Source: Anthoceros angustus (lineage: Eukaryota > Plantae > Anthocerotophyta). From it: a stretch of DNA of 64,000 nucleotides. Shown one piece after another: positions 1 through 13,770 of this stretch. Location of the stretch: NCBI GenBank assembly GCA_010909165.1, contig MU008192.1, forward strand, positions 1 to 64,000, given 5' to 3'. The translations under genes were made by a program, and so were the position numbers. The notes beneath the pieces are model-generated. The model was not told the origin of the DNA, did no database searches, and saw only the letters and a program-made list of their open reading frames with translations. How positions within the stretch are numbered: position 1 is the stretch's first letter; each line of letters opens with the position of its first letter.

Positions 1-2112
1 TAGTGTACATGTGGTCTTCCACAATGTGTCTTTGATTTCGGTCGTAGCGAAGCGCCACCTTCAAGTCTAATAGGGTAGGACCCGCGTAATCGCTTTGTGT
101 CATGGAGCAAGGCTCCCCTATGTGCTTCTGACATGGTAAGCGCCTCCCACCGCTTCCTGACTCTTCCCGTAGTCGTCCACTTGGTTCACGTCCGAGGGCT
201 TAGCCTGAATGCCCATGCTGGTGCACACCGCACCATAGATGGGTCCGACTGTGGTGGCCGCCCACCGCCGATCCTTCTTCACCGGTTGATCGTCAACTCT
301 TCCACCTCTTCATTACCCGCCTCATCTTCCTCAAACCCGCCACTTCTTTCAAGGGGTCGGATGGAGCCTCTCACCAAGGCATGCATAACCTCCTTTCTAC
401 CTCCGACTACTGCCTCTTCTTCTTATTTCTAAGTGAGTTCCTCCTCCAGAGTCTCCTGGATTCCTTCGAGATCTCTTCCTCTTCCTCAAGTGACCTCGCC
501 TCTTCACCTCCTCCTCCGAGGGCTCTTCATCTTGATTCGATCCCGCCTCTTCTTTTCTTCTTCCTCCTGAGGCGCCCTCGCCTTCACAGCATCGATTCGT
601 AGTTCTCCGCCTGACCGCCTTTCTCACATCCTTCTCGCGAGCAAGCAAAGACATGCTTAGCCATTGGCTTAGGCCACGAAACCATCGCACCGCATGGTGG
701 TGTGGGGTGGGTGCGATCCGGGAGGGCGAGAACCATCGATGTACGATCCCAACTTCTCCGCCTTTCCTCGCTTTCGTTCTCGAGCTTGACAGACGTAGTT
801 TCTGGTCGATTCCACGGAATCTCTCCTGTGAAGGCATCCTTGGCTTCAAAGGTCGCAGGGGGCGTTGGGTGGTTTGCATTTCTCCCACCATGCCGCGTTC
901 CTCAAGAACCCCCCGGAACAATGAATGAGTCGCGCCCGAGCCTTGCTGAAGTTCGCTCGAGACACGAAATCCTCCACGAAGGTTTCCGCATCCCATTCCT
1001 TCTTTCCCCCAAAGAGGGAGTATGCTTGCTTTGTCGACGTCCGCCATCGCATGATGGTTGAGGAACCGCCCCTCACCGCTTGACTTTCTACTACGCCTCC
1101 TCACTCCGACATGATTGCTTACCTCACGGCGGAACTCTCACGCTGAGCTTGCCGCCGCTTCCCCCGAGCTCGAGTGCTCTAGCGCACCACGTCCGGCTCA
1201 CTCGCATGAATTGCTCTTACCTCACGCCCCTCTACGCATTCAACCTTACCTCCACACTATGCTCACGGAGCGATTTCATTCCCGCAACGGGCGCCAAAAT
1301 GTGGCGCGACTTACCGACGGGCCACCGGGCATAACCTGTCGTAGTAGTAAGGAGTCCGCTCCAAGAGAATGATAGTCTCCGCTTGCCACGTTTCAATGCT
1401 TTCACCCCAACGCGACCGCTTCGACTCAAACACACGCTTATCGCTTTCGACTAACTCAGAACGTCCACCGAATAGGCTGCGCGTGGCCAAATGTTTAAGG
1501 ACCTGCTCATCGTGTATCAACCCCCGCCTGCTCTTCTAGTCCGCTTCCTCTCACTCTCACTCGCCACACCTCATCGCTCTTGGGGAAAAGGCGGTGGCTG
1601 CGTGGTCCGGACCTCCTCCGTCGTCCGCCTCCGTCCGGCTCTACACACGAGTCCTCCGGCTCACACGCCCGGCCCGGCCCAACGCCGCCCGCCGCTTCCG
1701 ACGCAGCAAGGTTCTCCGATGCCCCCTCTACACACCACCATAATAGGGTCCGATCACTGGACTTGGATCCCCTCTCCGGCCGCTGCTCGCTCGGTGACTC
1801 GGGACTCACGTTAGCAAGAAGACGACAAGGGTCTGGCAGTAAGAAACGCGGTATCCACGAGAAAGATACCTACCAGAGCATCTTCAACCCTCTTATACTA
1901 CTTCACCAAGTGCGGCGCCTTTATTAACCCCTATTCCTCGAATGATGGCCCATTTCGATTGCCCTAATTCGGCACACCTACCGCCGTTCCCCCTCCCACC
2001 TATCTCGTCGTCGGCGGTGGGCCTGCAGGAGTGGCCTTGGTTAATCCGTGGCCCGGCGACCCCACTTCTTGCCACTACACAGCGTACCCAATCGGATGAT
2101 CCGCGGTATGAC

Positions 2113-2325
2113 TAACAAATTATAATGCATTATGTAGCAAATAAATCACATCATTAAGTAATTACATTGTATCTCAAGAAGGGTTAAGTGCTTATGCGTA
2201 AAGACAACTTAAACTAAATGTGAAAAGACATAACGTTTCTCAGCGGCGTAAACCTAATGAGCGGTCATGTACTATAGCTTTAACTAAAATACAACCCTAA
2301 TCATGACTCCAACACATCTATTACA
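2113..2325 (-). repeat. LTR, probable 3' LTR of copia element A
   Basis: Closely similar to 10243-10464 (taacaaa...aaatcacatcattaagtaattacattgtatctcaagaa...atctattaca). No matching target-site duplication found. Confidence 0.8.
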
Positions 2326-3067
2326 TTACACCCACTTGTTGATCATGATTTCAGTTTACAGATCCTCCGAGTCTCATTGCAGTGCCGTGGGCGGAGTTCG
2401 GTGGTGTATTGATTCTTCAAGCGCCATAGCCATTCTCTCTTATGGCCCAGATTCGCCCGGGCTAATAATCTGAACAAGATGCTTTGTCCAGTGATGAGGC
2501 GGCAAAAGGTGCGCCTTCCTCTTAAGCATACTTCACGAGTCTCTTACTCTCGAGGTGCTAGGCGCAAGATTGCTGCGCTTTTCACCATGTCTCCGTCCTC
2601 GTCAGTCATCTTGCTCCCAAGCGTCGAGCTTAACCTCGTGGCCTTCAGGCGATTTCTTTGAGAACAAGCCAAGTGAACTGCTAAGCGGCAGAGGAAGAGA
2701 CGCAGGAACCACACTGTCTTAGAGCAAAGAAGACCGCGGTGACAAGTCCGTGAGGAAGCATCCGTTCGGTGAGTCTCGGATGTTGAGCTGTTTAGATGTA
2801 GTCTTGGCGCATAAGATTGCGTGAATTTTGTGTCCAGATTTGAAAAAAGCCGAACGAATGGGACTTTAGGTTTTTGCCATGTACAATCTACAATCTCAAA
2901 TAACTATCAAAACAATTATTCAAAGGTTGCGGGGTAACATGTGCAGAGAAATATCAAAAAGCACGATTATAGTGCGGATTTTTCAAGTGCAAAAAGGGGT
3001 CCGGCCAAGTCCGTGTGCAAAAAGGGGTTTCAGGAGAAACCCCTTTCTAAACAGACGTTGTTGATGC

Positions 3068-3640
3068 TGGGTTCTTGAGAATCGGTGAAAACCTGGACTA
3101 GCTTGAAATGTCATCGAGGATACCCCTAATAGGCAGTACCAACATGGGCATCAGATACAAACATGAGAAGGGAAAACCCCTAGACCTCGAAGTCTTCACA
3201 GACTCTGACTATGCTGGTGATATTGATAGCGGCAAAATCATCTCGGCTATATCGATTCTTTGGAGGACCGATCTATTGGTCGAAACAAAAACTTGCCTTG
3301 GCTTTATCCTCGTTGGCAGTATAGAGTCGACAGCTGACTAAAGAAATTGTGTGGTAAGTTACTCTTCGGGACTTGGGTATACCAATTCCCACTTGCAGCA
3401 ATTGACACGGCAATCGAGGTTCCATGTCACTTGCTAAGAACCGGTGTTTCATGCCTTGAAACATGTGGAGGTCGAATACCACTACATCAAAGGTCCTCCG
3501 GTGACAGGGGAAAATTGAAGCGCAATATGTACTGACTCAAGACAATCCTGCGGACATACTTACCAAGGCTCTTAGCCGAGAGCTCCACAACAAACATGTT
3601 CAGCGTTTGGGGCTTGGGGACTCAAGCGAGTTCTTGACCT
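3068..3640 (+). pseudogene. Copia RT C-terminus and RNase H fragment, inverted relative to the rest of element A
   Basis: DLEVFTDSDYAGDIDS, KHVEVEYHYI and DNPADILTKAL motifs on the + strand. Confidence 0.8.
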
Positions 3641-4269
3641 CAACTACCAACAAAGTCTAATCCAAGCAAACCTAAAACGAGTCAAAGTAGGATCGGGAGT
3701 AACAGTCAACCTCTCCAGGGATAAAGACTACAGGCGATTCATCCTCATATGAATCTTTTTCTAACGGATGAGAAGCTCTCATCGAGACCGTGGAGAATTA
3801 CGTTTCTCGCTCTTCATGGAAATCCTCTCCTCATTTCAGGTGCCTCTTCCTCGATCCTCAAGTTGGAACCTTCAGGAGACAGTGGGAGTAGTTAGCAATT
3901 GATGGCTAAGGCTTGGTTAGCATAAATGGAAACATGGAGATATGTAAACAGCAGGATGTAAACGGCAAAGGGACTTACGATATATGCTTACAACGTGCCC
4001 TGTGTAGGCACGACAGGAACGCACATCAACACGCTTCATGATGACCTCGATCTTTCCATAGTCACAGGTCTTGTACCAGATTGGCGTTTGAGGACGAGCA
4101 AGAGTTGCACTACTCACCAGTTTAGTCTCCTGTAGATAATCGTTGGGCCTAGGAAACTTCAGAGGCAGTGAGGGCTGACCTTCATCTTCAGAATCCTATG
4201 ACTATACTGCTTTGGATGATCCGTCTGGGAATGCACTAGGAGGCATGAACCATTTGGGTTCATGCTTCC

Positions 4270-4990
4270 AGGCCCTTCTTGACCTTGGTGCGCGCGCATG
4301 CACCGCAGGCCTCCTTGCCCCGGGTGCGTGCACAAGTCGCGGCGCCGGGCCTCCTGCCCACAGTGCGCGCGCGCACCCGGGCATCCTTGCCCCACAGTGC
4401 GCGCGGGCATCACTGCCTTACAGTGCGCCCTCAAGGGCATCCTGCCCACAGTGCGCGCGCGGGCATCACTGCCCCACAGTGCGCGCACAGACGGGCAAGA
4501 TCACTGTTCCTTTGGGTGCGCGCACCGGGCATCACCTGCCCACACAGTGCGGCACCGGGCATCCTTGCCCGGTGCGCGCACCCTGAACCACTGTCTCGGC
4601 GCGCACCGGTGCATCCTTGCCCACAGTGCGCTTCCCGGGCATCCTGCCCACAGGTCGCATGCCGGACAAGATCTCAGCCTTACTGATGCGGCGCGCGGGC
4701 ATCCTGCTTCCCAGTGCGCGCATCTGGGCATCACTGCCCGGGTACATGACCGGGCATCACCCCAGTGTGCGCGCACCGGGCATCTCTGTCTCGCAGTGCA
4801 GCGCACCCGGGCATCTGCCCTGCCCCCTGCGTGCGCGCACCGGGCATCCCTTACGGTGCGGCGCACCTCGGCATCACCCTTACAGTGCAGCGGTGCATCA
4901 CTGCCCCACAGTGGTTACCCGGAATACAAGGCCAGGTCAGGCGCACTTGTCGCATTCCAATCCTTGCCCACGGTGTGCAATTTGCCACCA
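4270..4990. repeat. GC-rich minisatellite, ~30-bp unit gcccacagtgcgcgcaccgggcatc
   Basis: Many degenerate tandem copies are visible. Confidence 0.85.
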
Positions 4991-5685
4991 GAGTAGTCTC
5001 TGCAGCGCTTGGCCCCCTGCATTTTGGTGCAGTGCACTTGTTCACCCAAATTTGCATTTGTACAACATGTTTGGATAACCCGGTACTAGGTCACTCTAAC
5101 AAAGAGACGGAAACTAAACACCGTAAAGAATAAAAGGATAGGGTGTTGCTTCGTCGCATTGGGGCATAGGATAGGTATATAAGAGTGGTCTAGGTGAACC
5201 CTCACTTCGACAATGCTCTGCTACTTGTTATTTTGTCTTTGGAGTTAAGCACATCGAACCCGTAATCGCCAAAAGGACGTATGCTTCCCATTAGAAGATC
5301 ATTTTCACGTTCTTTTTGCATAGTGCATGCATAAGTTTGCACATAGCGTTGTTTAGGTGCTGCACTTATGCGCCTAGGATTACGGTATACAAAAACATAC
5401 AAAACCACAAAATCACGTAAACTTCTGGACGCATGGCGAAATTATGGAACAATGAGGTCACCGCCCTTCATCACCACCGGTATAAGCGGCGTGTCACGTG
5501 GAAATGACTCGGCTGAGGAAGTGGTCTTGGGAGCGCCAGGAATGCCGAAACCGATGGGAACACCCTGAACACCTACAAAAACCAACAAAAACCAAACCAA
5601 CTTCAATTTACGGTGAAATAGGGTTGGGATTTTTTCCAAAACCCCTTTTGACAGGAGAAACCCCTTTCTAAACATACGCTGTTGC

Positions 5686-8600
5686 TGGTGGTGTAGGCAA
5701 CTTCTAACCTGGCTGTATTTGAAGCATATATTAGCTTCCCAACACCCTGCCTGTAGGGAACTCCCTTCATCTATTCCTTTTCTTGTTGTGTTGAAGGGGA
5801 CATGAGCTTGCTAAGCCTCGATCATGGGGCATGGGTGTTGCGTTCTTGCCACCGCAAAATGTATGTTTCAAAAGCTTGTCATGTCGTGGGCCTAAGCGCT
5901 TAGATTGAGGCTGCATCCTTGAGGCGAGTTGCTCTGAGGAATATCTAGGGTACATGTAAGTCATAATCCTAGCCTATTTCTTTGTATGTGTATACCAAGG
6001 CTATGTAAAGGTCCAAGGCTGGACATTTTGAATCTCTTAGCAAGCATGTCTTATTTTCTTTATAAAGTCCATTTGTGTGACGAATCAAGTCGTCAGCATA
6101 TCTTGCCAAGTACATCTTCTTTTGTAAATGTAGAGGCTAAATGCGCAAGGCTTTTAGTGAAGTCTAGGGCTTGGAGTTACAGGTCCAACTCGCATTCCAC
6201 TTCATAGCATTGTTTAAGACCATACGAGACTTGATAAGTCGCATACATGGTCCTCTTTCCTTCCACCTCAAAACCGGAGGTTGCATGTATATCTCGTGTC
6301 CGCCTTTCCATGCAAGAAGGCATTTTAACGTCATACATTTGCAGTTCATAATCATTGTATGTTGATCGCAAGGAGGACACAGTGTGGCTAGTTTTACAAC
6401 GGAGCGAAAGTCTCTAAGTAATCAAGTCCGAGAATGCGAGAATCCTCTTGCTACTAGCCTAGCTTTGTACATCAAAGGTACCATCAGCTTTCACCTTTAA
6501 TTTGAAGACCCATTTACAAGACACCATTTTCCGCCAGGGGTAATTTTGCTATCTCCCATGTGCCATTTTCTATGAGCGAGTCATATTCTAAGCGTATAGC
6601 TTTCTCCCACTCCTTGTGATCGGTCTAGTCAACGCCTCGGATAGGTTTGAGGTTCTATGGGATCAAGAGAGGTTGCGCATTGACCCTCACATTATGGGAA
6701 GAAGTTACAAGTCGGGGCACAATAATAATGGGGTCTTCATCACGAGTAGGATATCGCGGATAGTTCTCGGAGGTGCTTCATCGGGTTCATCGTATGTCCT
6801 CAAGCGTGTCATCGGTATCAAGCTGGTCGGTTGAGACATCGATCTGTTTATGTATCGCCGGTGATCGGAGGAAATTGATCTGTATATGGCTGCGGGCATA
6901 GTGGCTGCATCTAGCTGCCGCTCTGCATCGCATATTCCCCACCGGAGCAATATTCTCAAGTGGAGCTAGGGTGAGTGCCATGGTCGGAAAGATCAAAATG
7001 AGTGGAGATGTCATCCTCCGTCATCTGTGGTGGAGGATCTTTCTGCTCCACTTGAAGCCCAAGTCGTGCCTCATTAAAGGTAACACTCGAGCATAAATAA
7101 CTTTGTTGGTGGGAACATCATACATTTGTATGCTTTTATGCCCTCAGATATCCCAAAGATGAGTAGCTTTCTAGCTTTGTCTCGAAAGCTTCTTCCGCTT
7201 CTCTTTAGGGATAAAGGCGTAGGCAAGGCAACCAAAGGTCCTTAAATGTTTAAGAGATGGCTTCCTTCCGTGAACACCTCATATGGGGTCATCCATTAAC
7301 GTTAGTAGGTAACTGCGTAGGTAAGTTGAAGTCATAAGGGCCTCAATATGGCATGGAAGCGTCATGGAGCAAAGAGGAGGTCATTTCGCAATGTAAGGTT
7401 GAGACGCCACCCTTACGCTGGTGGAGTGTAGACAATCGTGAGTTGTCTACCTATTCCTTCATCCTTGCAATAGGCCGAATTCATGTGATGTGAATTCCCC
7501 ACCATTATCGATCTTAAGGTTTTAATTTTGCTTCCGTCCATCGTTGAAACTTGATATACTCCTTGAAGTAGGAGAAACACTCGCTCTTACATTTCGGATG
7601 TATGTTGTGACAAATCTGCTCTTGTCATCGGTGAATGTGAGGAAATATTTTCCTCCACCAATTGAATCACAGACGAGAGGTCCACACAGATCTGTGGACA
7701 AGTTCAAGAAGATCACTTGCGGTGAGGGGCCCGATTTTGAAGGTGCTTGATGTCTCTTAGAAAGAACACAAGCCTCACATAATGGAATTGAGGTCAAGGG
7801 ACCAATGGGTCCATCTGGTAAAGGTCACTAGCACTTGCTTTTGCAACTTTGCCATGTGTGGATGACCTAAGCGGGCATGCCACAACCGAGATTTAGTTAT
7901 CTGTGCCGATGCCTTGGAGACATCCTGTGTCGTGGGACTCAACTATTCCACTATTCAAATGGAGGCGCAGGTCATGGTCCAAGACCCATATGCAAGTACC
8001 TTCCTATGGTCAAATGCATCTATCGATACATTCTAGTAAATAGCACATGGCTGCTATTATGCGCATTGATCTTCTAAGCGAGATGAGGTTTCTTGTCATG
8101 TCGTACATAGTAGACATCCTGCAATTTGAGGGTTAGTCCGGTGGGAGGCGTCTCTGACCTCGACCGGGAGACAAGAGACCTATCGTCTCAAGATACACAT
8201 CTTGGTCGACAAGTGGCACATATGTTAAGAATGCGTTTCTGTCAAAGCAAATATGAGCTGTGGCTCCTGTGTCTAGATACCACTCAGCAGTGGGTTTAAG
8301 ATGTGCTTTGGCAGACAAGCATGTGGGCAGCAGAAGTGGACTTGCAAACTCCCTTGTCCCTACTGTTAGGGCAGATGGAGTGTTTGGCTTCTTAACCACA
8401 ACGTGTGTCTCAGCTGAAGATCCCTCCTTGCGAGGAACTCCAGCCTGCTTCTTACGACACTCACGTTCCCAATGGCCAAGTAACTTGCACCAGTTACAAG
8501 TACATGCCTTTTTGGTTTTCTTGTATGGAGTGTTGGTTCCTGTTGACCCCTTATCTGCTTCCACCCTTTGAGAAGGTTCTTCTACCTCCTCGTCCTTGGT

Positions 8601-9228
8601 TGGATGTGTACAGGGCCTGCTGCTTCCACCCTTTGTGGTTGGTCTTGCTTGCTTCCTCTTGAAGCATTGAGCTCCTGGTGTGAAAAGCTCATCTCGGCAT
8701 TTCCACACCTTGTTTCTTGGCTTCTTGAGCATGAAGTCACAAAGTGTCTCAACTTTCACTTTGAGTCCCCATCCTTCATTCTCAAATTTTGGAAGTTTCG
8801 TAAAATTTGTCATTTACTGACCATGTTACGCCTGCGTAGAGTTCCTTGAGGCGAGTTAGGATTTGGTGAAGTCTTCACAAAGCTGCCTCAACATTTCGGA
8901 TGTTAGGCCACTGCGTATGAGGTACTTGGCTCCATTGTCTTTAGCTAACCAATCGCTTCCACTGTATCCCTTGGAGATACTCTACATTTCGGTTGCATAT
9001 TTAAGGAGGCCTCTCATCTCGAGAACACTCCATCCGGATGAGCCAGATATCAAAGTCATTGCCGTTGAACCTGTCCTTTTCTTTGAAGGATTCACTACTA
9101 CCAAAGTTAGAAGATAAGGCTGTATCACCCATGTTTCTGGGTATAGACTGCTCTTCTATGACAGGTTCTGACTCTGCTTTATTGAAGACGTTTCCAAAAT
9201 CGTCTAGATCACTTTCTGATCGTTCCAT
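5686..9228 (-). pseudogene. Copia gag-pol remnant (gag, PR, INT, RT), frameshifted
   Basis: ORFs 9001-9228, 8133-8813 and 7522-7797; RT motifs CKWVFK (~6520), YMQPP and PYRQGVGKLIY (~5750). Confidence 0.85.
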
Positions 9229-10230
9229 TCATTATTACTTACAGTGCATGTTGGTTTTGACGTTGCAAGGTTTGATCCCATGCAATTCTGCGTGCTGCTA
9301 TCCTAGCACTTCTCATCTCATATTTGTTATAGACGTAAGTTGAACATGAAGGGCAAGAATTTGGTGAGTCAAACTTCCTTTCACGATTTGTTTTACTTAC
9401 GTGCTTGCATACCTCGAATCTTTGGGTTAGACAATAACTCGGGTTTTAATAGCATTACAAGTTTGTAATCTATATGTGGTTCTTTTAAATCGCAAATCGA
9501 TACTAAACTGCGAAACATGACTGAAATTTGGTTGAATCTATTTTCAACATTCCTATTGTTAGTTTCAAGGCCTGAACAATTGTGTTTTGATGTTGATTGT
9601 GCCTTGTCGTGAGAAGCTGCGTTGGTACAATTTTGAAGTGGTTGATTTTGTACAACGCTCCTCTCCACGAATGTCGGTCGAGTTACATTGGGAGCGCAAT
9701 TCAAGTAGTGTGTTGAATGCTCCCCTGTCTCTGTTTGCGCGGTTGAGTCACTGCACCGTGGCTCCATTGTTGGACACACACATGTAATTGATTGGGTAAA
9801 TCATCGTGACTACTGTATCGATTCTGCCTAGGATTGTTGTTCCCCCTAGGATTTTCCTGGGGAGCAAGATAGATATAATTTGCCATGGCCTTGAGCCAGG
9901 ATTGTTATATCTAAAATGCAGAATTTCTGCATTATAGAGATCCTTTTATATAAATCATATACACTAATCTGCCTATTAGGCAGTTGTTCTAGTGCATCTG
10001 CATGGAATTGTCTAAACTGACAATTTAATGGAAATGCATTAATCAAACTGATTGACATACATGTTAGATTTTTCTAAAAGAAAATATCAGAAACTATTTT
10101 CTTGAAAATCTTCTTGTTTCTTTCTTTTGAACTCATTTTCAAAATAAGAAGACTAAAGAAGATAAATTCGTGCACATTTTCTAGTGCAGAATTTCAATGC
10201 GCATCTTCCTAGATGCATTCTACATAGTTA

Positions 10231-10242
10231 GCTCTGATACCA
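10231..10242 (-). other. Primer binding site (tRNA-iMet)
   Basis: gctctgatacca is the reverse complement of TGGTATCAGAGC and sits next to the LTR. Confidence 0.9.
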
Positions 10243-10464
10243 TAACAAAATTATACAGATTATGTAGAAATAAATCACATCATTAAGTAATTACATTGTA
10301 TCTCAAGAAAGGGGTTAAAGTGCTTATGCGTAAAAGACAACTTAAACTAAATGTGAAAAGACATAACGTTTCTCAAGCGACGTAACCCTAATGAACGGTC
10401 ATGTACTATAGCTTTAACTAAACCCAATTAATACAACCTAATCATGACTCCAACATCTATTACA
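10243..10464 (-). repeat. 5' LTR of copia element A
   Basis: Begins TGTAATAG on the minus strand, is followed by the PBS, and matches 2113-2325. Confidence 0.85.
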
Positions 10465-13400
10465 TTGGGGACCTTCCCTTCCGAGACCCTATCGAGTTAG
10501 GCTACCGCGGGACAGCAACCGCGGTAACCACCATCCTCCTCTCCCGGCCTTGGTGGGTCCACCTGCAGCAGGGCCACCCGGTGGGCACTCCTCCCGAGCA
10601 AGTCGGGGGTGACTCCCTCTCTCCTCTTGAGCCCGGACCTCGGGGTCCGGTCTCGACTCCGGGGTCCGATCTTGATCGGCCTTATTTGAAGTCCGGACCT
10701 CAGGGTCCGGTCTTGTCTCTGGGGTTCGGACCTCAAGGTCCGAACCTTATTACCAGGGTCCGGTCCTCAAGTCCGGACCCCAGGCCACCCGGACCTGGTT
10801 GAGGCCCATCCTCTCACCCCCCTTCCTGGCTTGGGTCCGGTTGGTTTCCTCCTTCCCCACCCCTTTCGGGGTCCTCGCTCTTATCCTTCCTGGCGGGTTG
10901 CAGCTGGCTTACCTCAAGGTCGGTTACGTTGGCCGCATCATGCTCCTCCTGGGGCTTCTCTCCTCCATCGTCGTCACCGAACAAGGCCCCAAGGTCGTCC
11001 CCGTGCCTTCTTCTCCTTCCACTCCTTGACCCTTGGGAGGTCCGTCCGATTGTGGCAGGTGCGAGCTTCGCCTTGAGGCTCGGTGGTAGTAGGCAAAATC
11101 CGAGTCGATTTTTTGGTTGCCTCTTCCACATGCGCCCGAGCACCGATACTCCCCGCCCGCCATAGGTGCTCCGGCGGTGGCGTCTTTGTCCCGCGCTGTC
11201 TCTATTGCTGGTTCGTCGGATTGGGCGGCGAGAGATCTCGTGAGGCCACGAGGGAGGCCTCCGTTACTTCTGCGGCAGCTGCTGCTCCAGCTGCTCTCTC
11301 GTTTAGCTCCGCTCCGGCTTCACCGCCATGACGGTAGCGCACCCTCCGCCTTCCTCAACTGGACCAGCAGCGTCTTTTCTGCGTCCAAAGCCCTTGCTCC
11401 TCCGTTCATCCTGGCCTGAAGCTCCGCCATCTCCCTCCTCAGGCGGTCCGGCACTCCGCCCGGTTCCTTGCCTCGTCCAGGTTCCTCTCCATTACGGCGA
11501 CGTCCTGCTCCTTGTTCCATCGCCTTACCTCCTCCGCCTCCAATGAGATCGCTCTATCTCCGCTCGTGATCGATCATGCCTCGAAACTCCGTTCCTTCGA
11601 TTGTGTCTTGGAGCTGCAGCTCCAAGGTCTCCTTGCGGTCTTCCATCTCCTGCCCGTTCCTCCGCTCCACGCAAATGAGCCCGGAGATCCTCCATCTCCT
11701 TGTTGCTAGCCTCTTTCTCCCATACGGTGTGCACTCCATGCCTCTGCTCCGCCGAGTTAGCCGCGGGTCTCCCCCTTGGTCTCCACCCCGATTCGATCCG
11801 CCCGGTAATGATCACGATCCCGGTTTTAATGTGGCCTCCTCCCTGCCTTTCACTCAGAGCTCCGAGGTTTGGTGTTCGAGCCAGCTTTCGGCCAGCTCGA
11901 GCGCTCCAGGCGTCCTGCTTCTCCAACTCCCCTGCAGCAGCTTCCCGTCGCTGCGGAGATCCTGCCCCCGGCTTGGGCCCCTCTGGACTGCCACTGCTCG
12001 CGACAGTGAAGTACTTTTGGTCTTCTTGAATAGACTGGACCTCGCCTCGGCCTTCCCGGATGCTTTCCCTCCTCGATTGACGAGGATTCTCGCTTCTTCT
12101 TGGCCTCACGGGCTGCGTCTCCACCTCCTCGGAGGAGCACCATCGCCTCCTGGTTTACCTCCACCTCCACAGGCCTTCTCTGCCGTCCCACAGACCCTGT
12201 GAGGCTATCCGGTCCACGCCTGGTTGGTGCCATGACTCATGTGTCTCTTCCACGGCAGTACAGTAGGCACCCAAGAAGTCCGTCGGTGCGGGCACTCAAG
12301 GTCCGCTGGACCGCCAGATCGGCACCGGGAGTGAGTCCGGACTTGGCTCTCCGGACCTAATCAGGGACCCTCACAGTCCCGTGTGGTCCGGTCCTTCCAA
12401 CTCCTGGTTGCTTTGGCCGCTTAACTCCTTCTCACTTGCCTCTGCCTTGGGCTTGGTGGCGGTGAGGGTCAACTCCCTCCCGTAAGTCTTTGGGCCGGTA
12501 GCGCCAACTCCCTCCCCGTAAGTGCTCCGTCCGGCGCAGGCACCTCCGCCTCCGGAACCAGAAGAGGGAGGCAGGGATATCCTCCCATACCTCCCGGGGC
12601 GGCGAGGGTGTCCGTTCCAGTCAGATGGAGTCCGGAATCCCCTCCCAATCATCTTCCTCCCGGGCCCGTTTGGCCTTTGGAGGTCGGGCCTCGCCTCTGG
12701 CGCCTGGCTCCTTCCCGGTCATCTCAGTAGGGCCACATTTCCCCGCTCCTCTCTTCTCCCTCATTCGGAGGTTGAGGTGTCCCCATACATGGATGAGAAA
12801 GGGGCAGTCTTGTGGGCGGCTTCTCGCTCCGTAGCCTGCCTCTGGCGATCCGGGCGAGGATCGCCCCAGTCGGCCCGTTGCCCGGCATGGGCGTGCGGTA
12901 CCGAATTATCACCAAGGTGATCCACCTTGGTGAGCATATTCCGATGGACAATGACCTTAGCTAACGCCCTCACCCGCCTATCCGGGGTCCAGGCATGACC
13001 CGGCGTTGGACAACGTTCGTCGGCAGCGCCACGCCTTCGCGTACCGCCTTCCCCTCACCTTGAGGGGCTCGGGACACCCCTAATTTCTTCACCAAGGTTG
13101 TAAACCGCCTCAGACCTCCACGGTCCACCGCAGGGTCCTCCCTCAAGCTCTTGGGCGGACCTCCTTGTTGGCGGCCGACATCTTCTGGCGTATTCTCTAG
13201 CGTAGGCGTGGCCGAACGTCAAGCTACTGAAGATGTCGGGTGCCATTTCTCCACCAAGTCTTGCTTCCCTCCGGCCGAGGTCAAGTGGGTATCTCACGGT
13301 GACAATGTTAAGCTCCACCAAGCGCTGTGGCTCCCATACCTCCGCTGCCTTCTTGGGTCCCATCGCCCAGCTCCTTGTTGGCGGTATTGGCGATTGTTGG

Positions 13401-13770
13401 CGCCTCCCTCTTCGCGCGTTTGCTCCAACCACAAAGGTGGGGTGCCAGCTCGAAAGATAGCGCCCAATTTGGGTGACGGAGCGAGGCTGCAAAATCGTCG
13501 CGAGGTCACAAAGAGAAATGGTCTACCCTCCAGGCCGCGATGTCGGGAGTAATCGCCCGGGCGGAGGTGTCGCCGGCTGCGTCGGCCGATGCATGGCCTA
13601 CTCCCGTCTTACGCTTCCGCTTACTCTGGCCTCCTTCGACCTACTCCGGAGTGCAGTCCGGAGTACTCCGGGCTTATTTCTTCCTTTCCACCTTATTTTC
13701 TACTCCGCACCTACGAAAAAAAACAAAACCTAACTCATTTCCTACCCCAGGGGAGAGTCCGTGGTCCACA
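10465..13770 (-). mobile_element. Unclassified retroelement-like fragment inserted into copia B
   Basis: The RT of copia B breaks at 13770, where the minus strand begins TGTGGACC (LTR-like TG). GC-rich degenerate ORFs with coiled-coil-like stretches follow. No diagnostic enzyme domain recognised. Confidence 0.35.

Larger units (their letters stand above)
2113..10464 (-). mobile_element. Ty1/copia LTR retrotransposon A, rearranged and degenerate
   Basis: Paired LTRs; tRNA-iMet PBS at 10231-10242; gag with CCHC knuckle CNWCKLLGHWEREC; protease WYLDTGATAH; integrase DLCGP..GGGKYFLTFTDD; RT at ~5690-6650, all on the minus strand. Confidence 0.8.

Noticed and set aside
1491-1814. LINE APE endonuclease suggested by 'GSDH'
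   Set aside because: No GDFN or other APE motifs. Region 1-2110 is left unclassified.
4080-4200. Gypsy RT-like 'SFLG...YRR' on the minus strand
   Set aside because: An isolated short match with stops and no flanking RT motifs.
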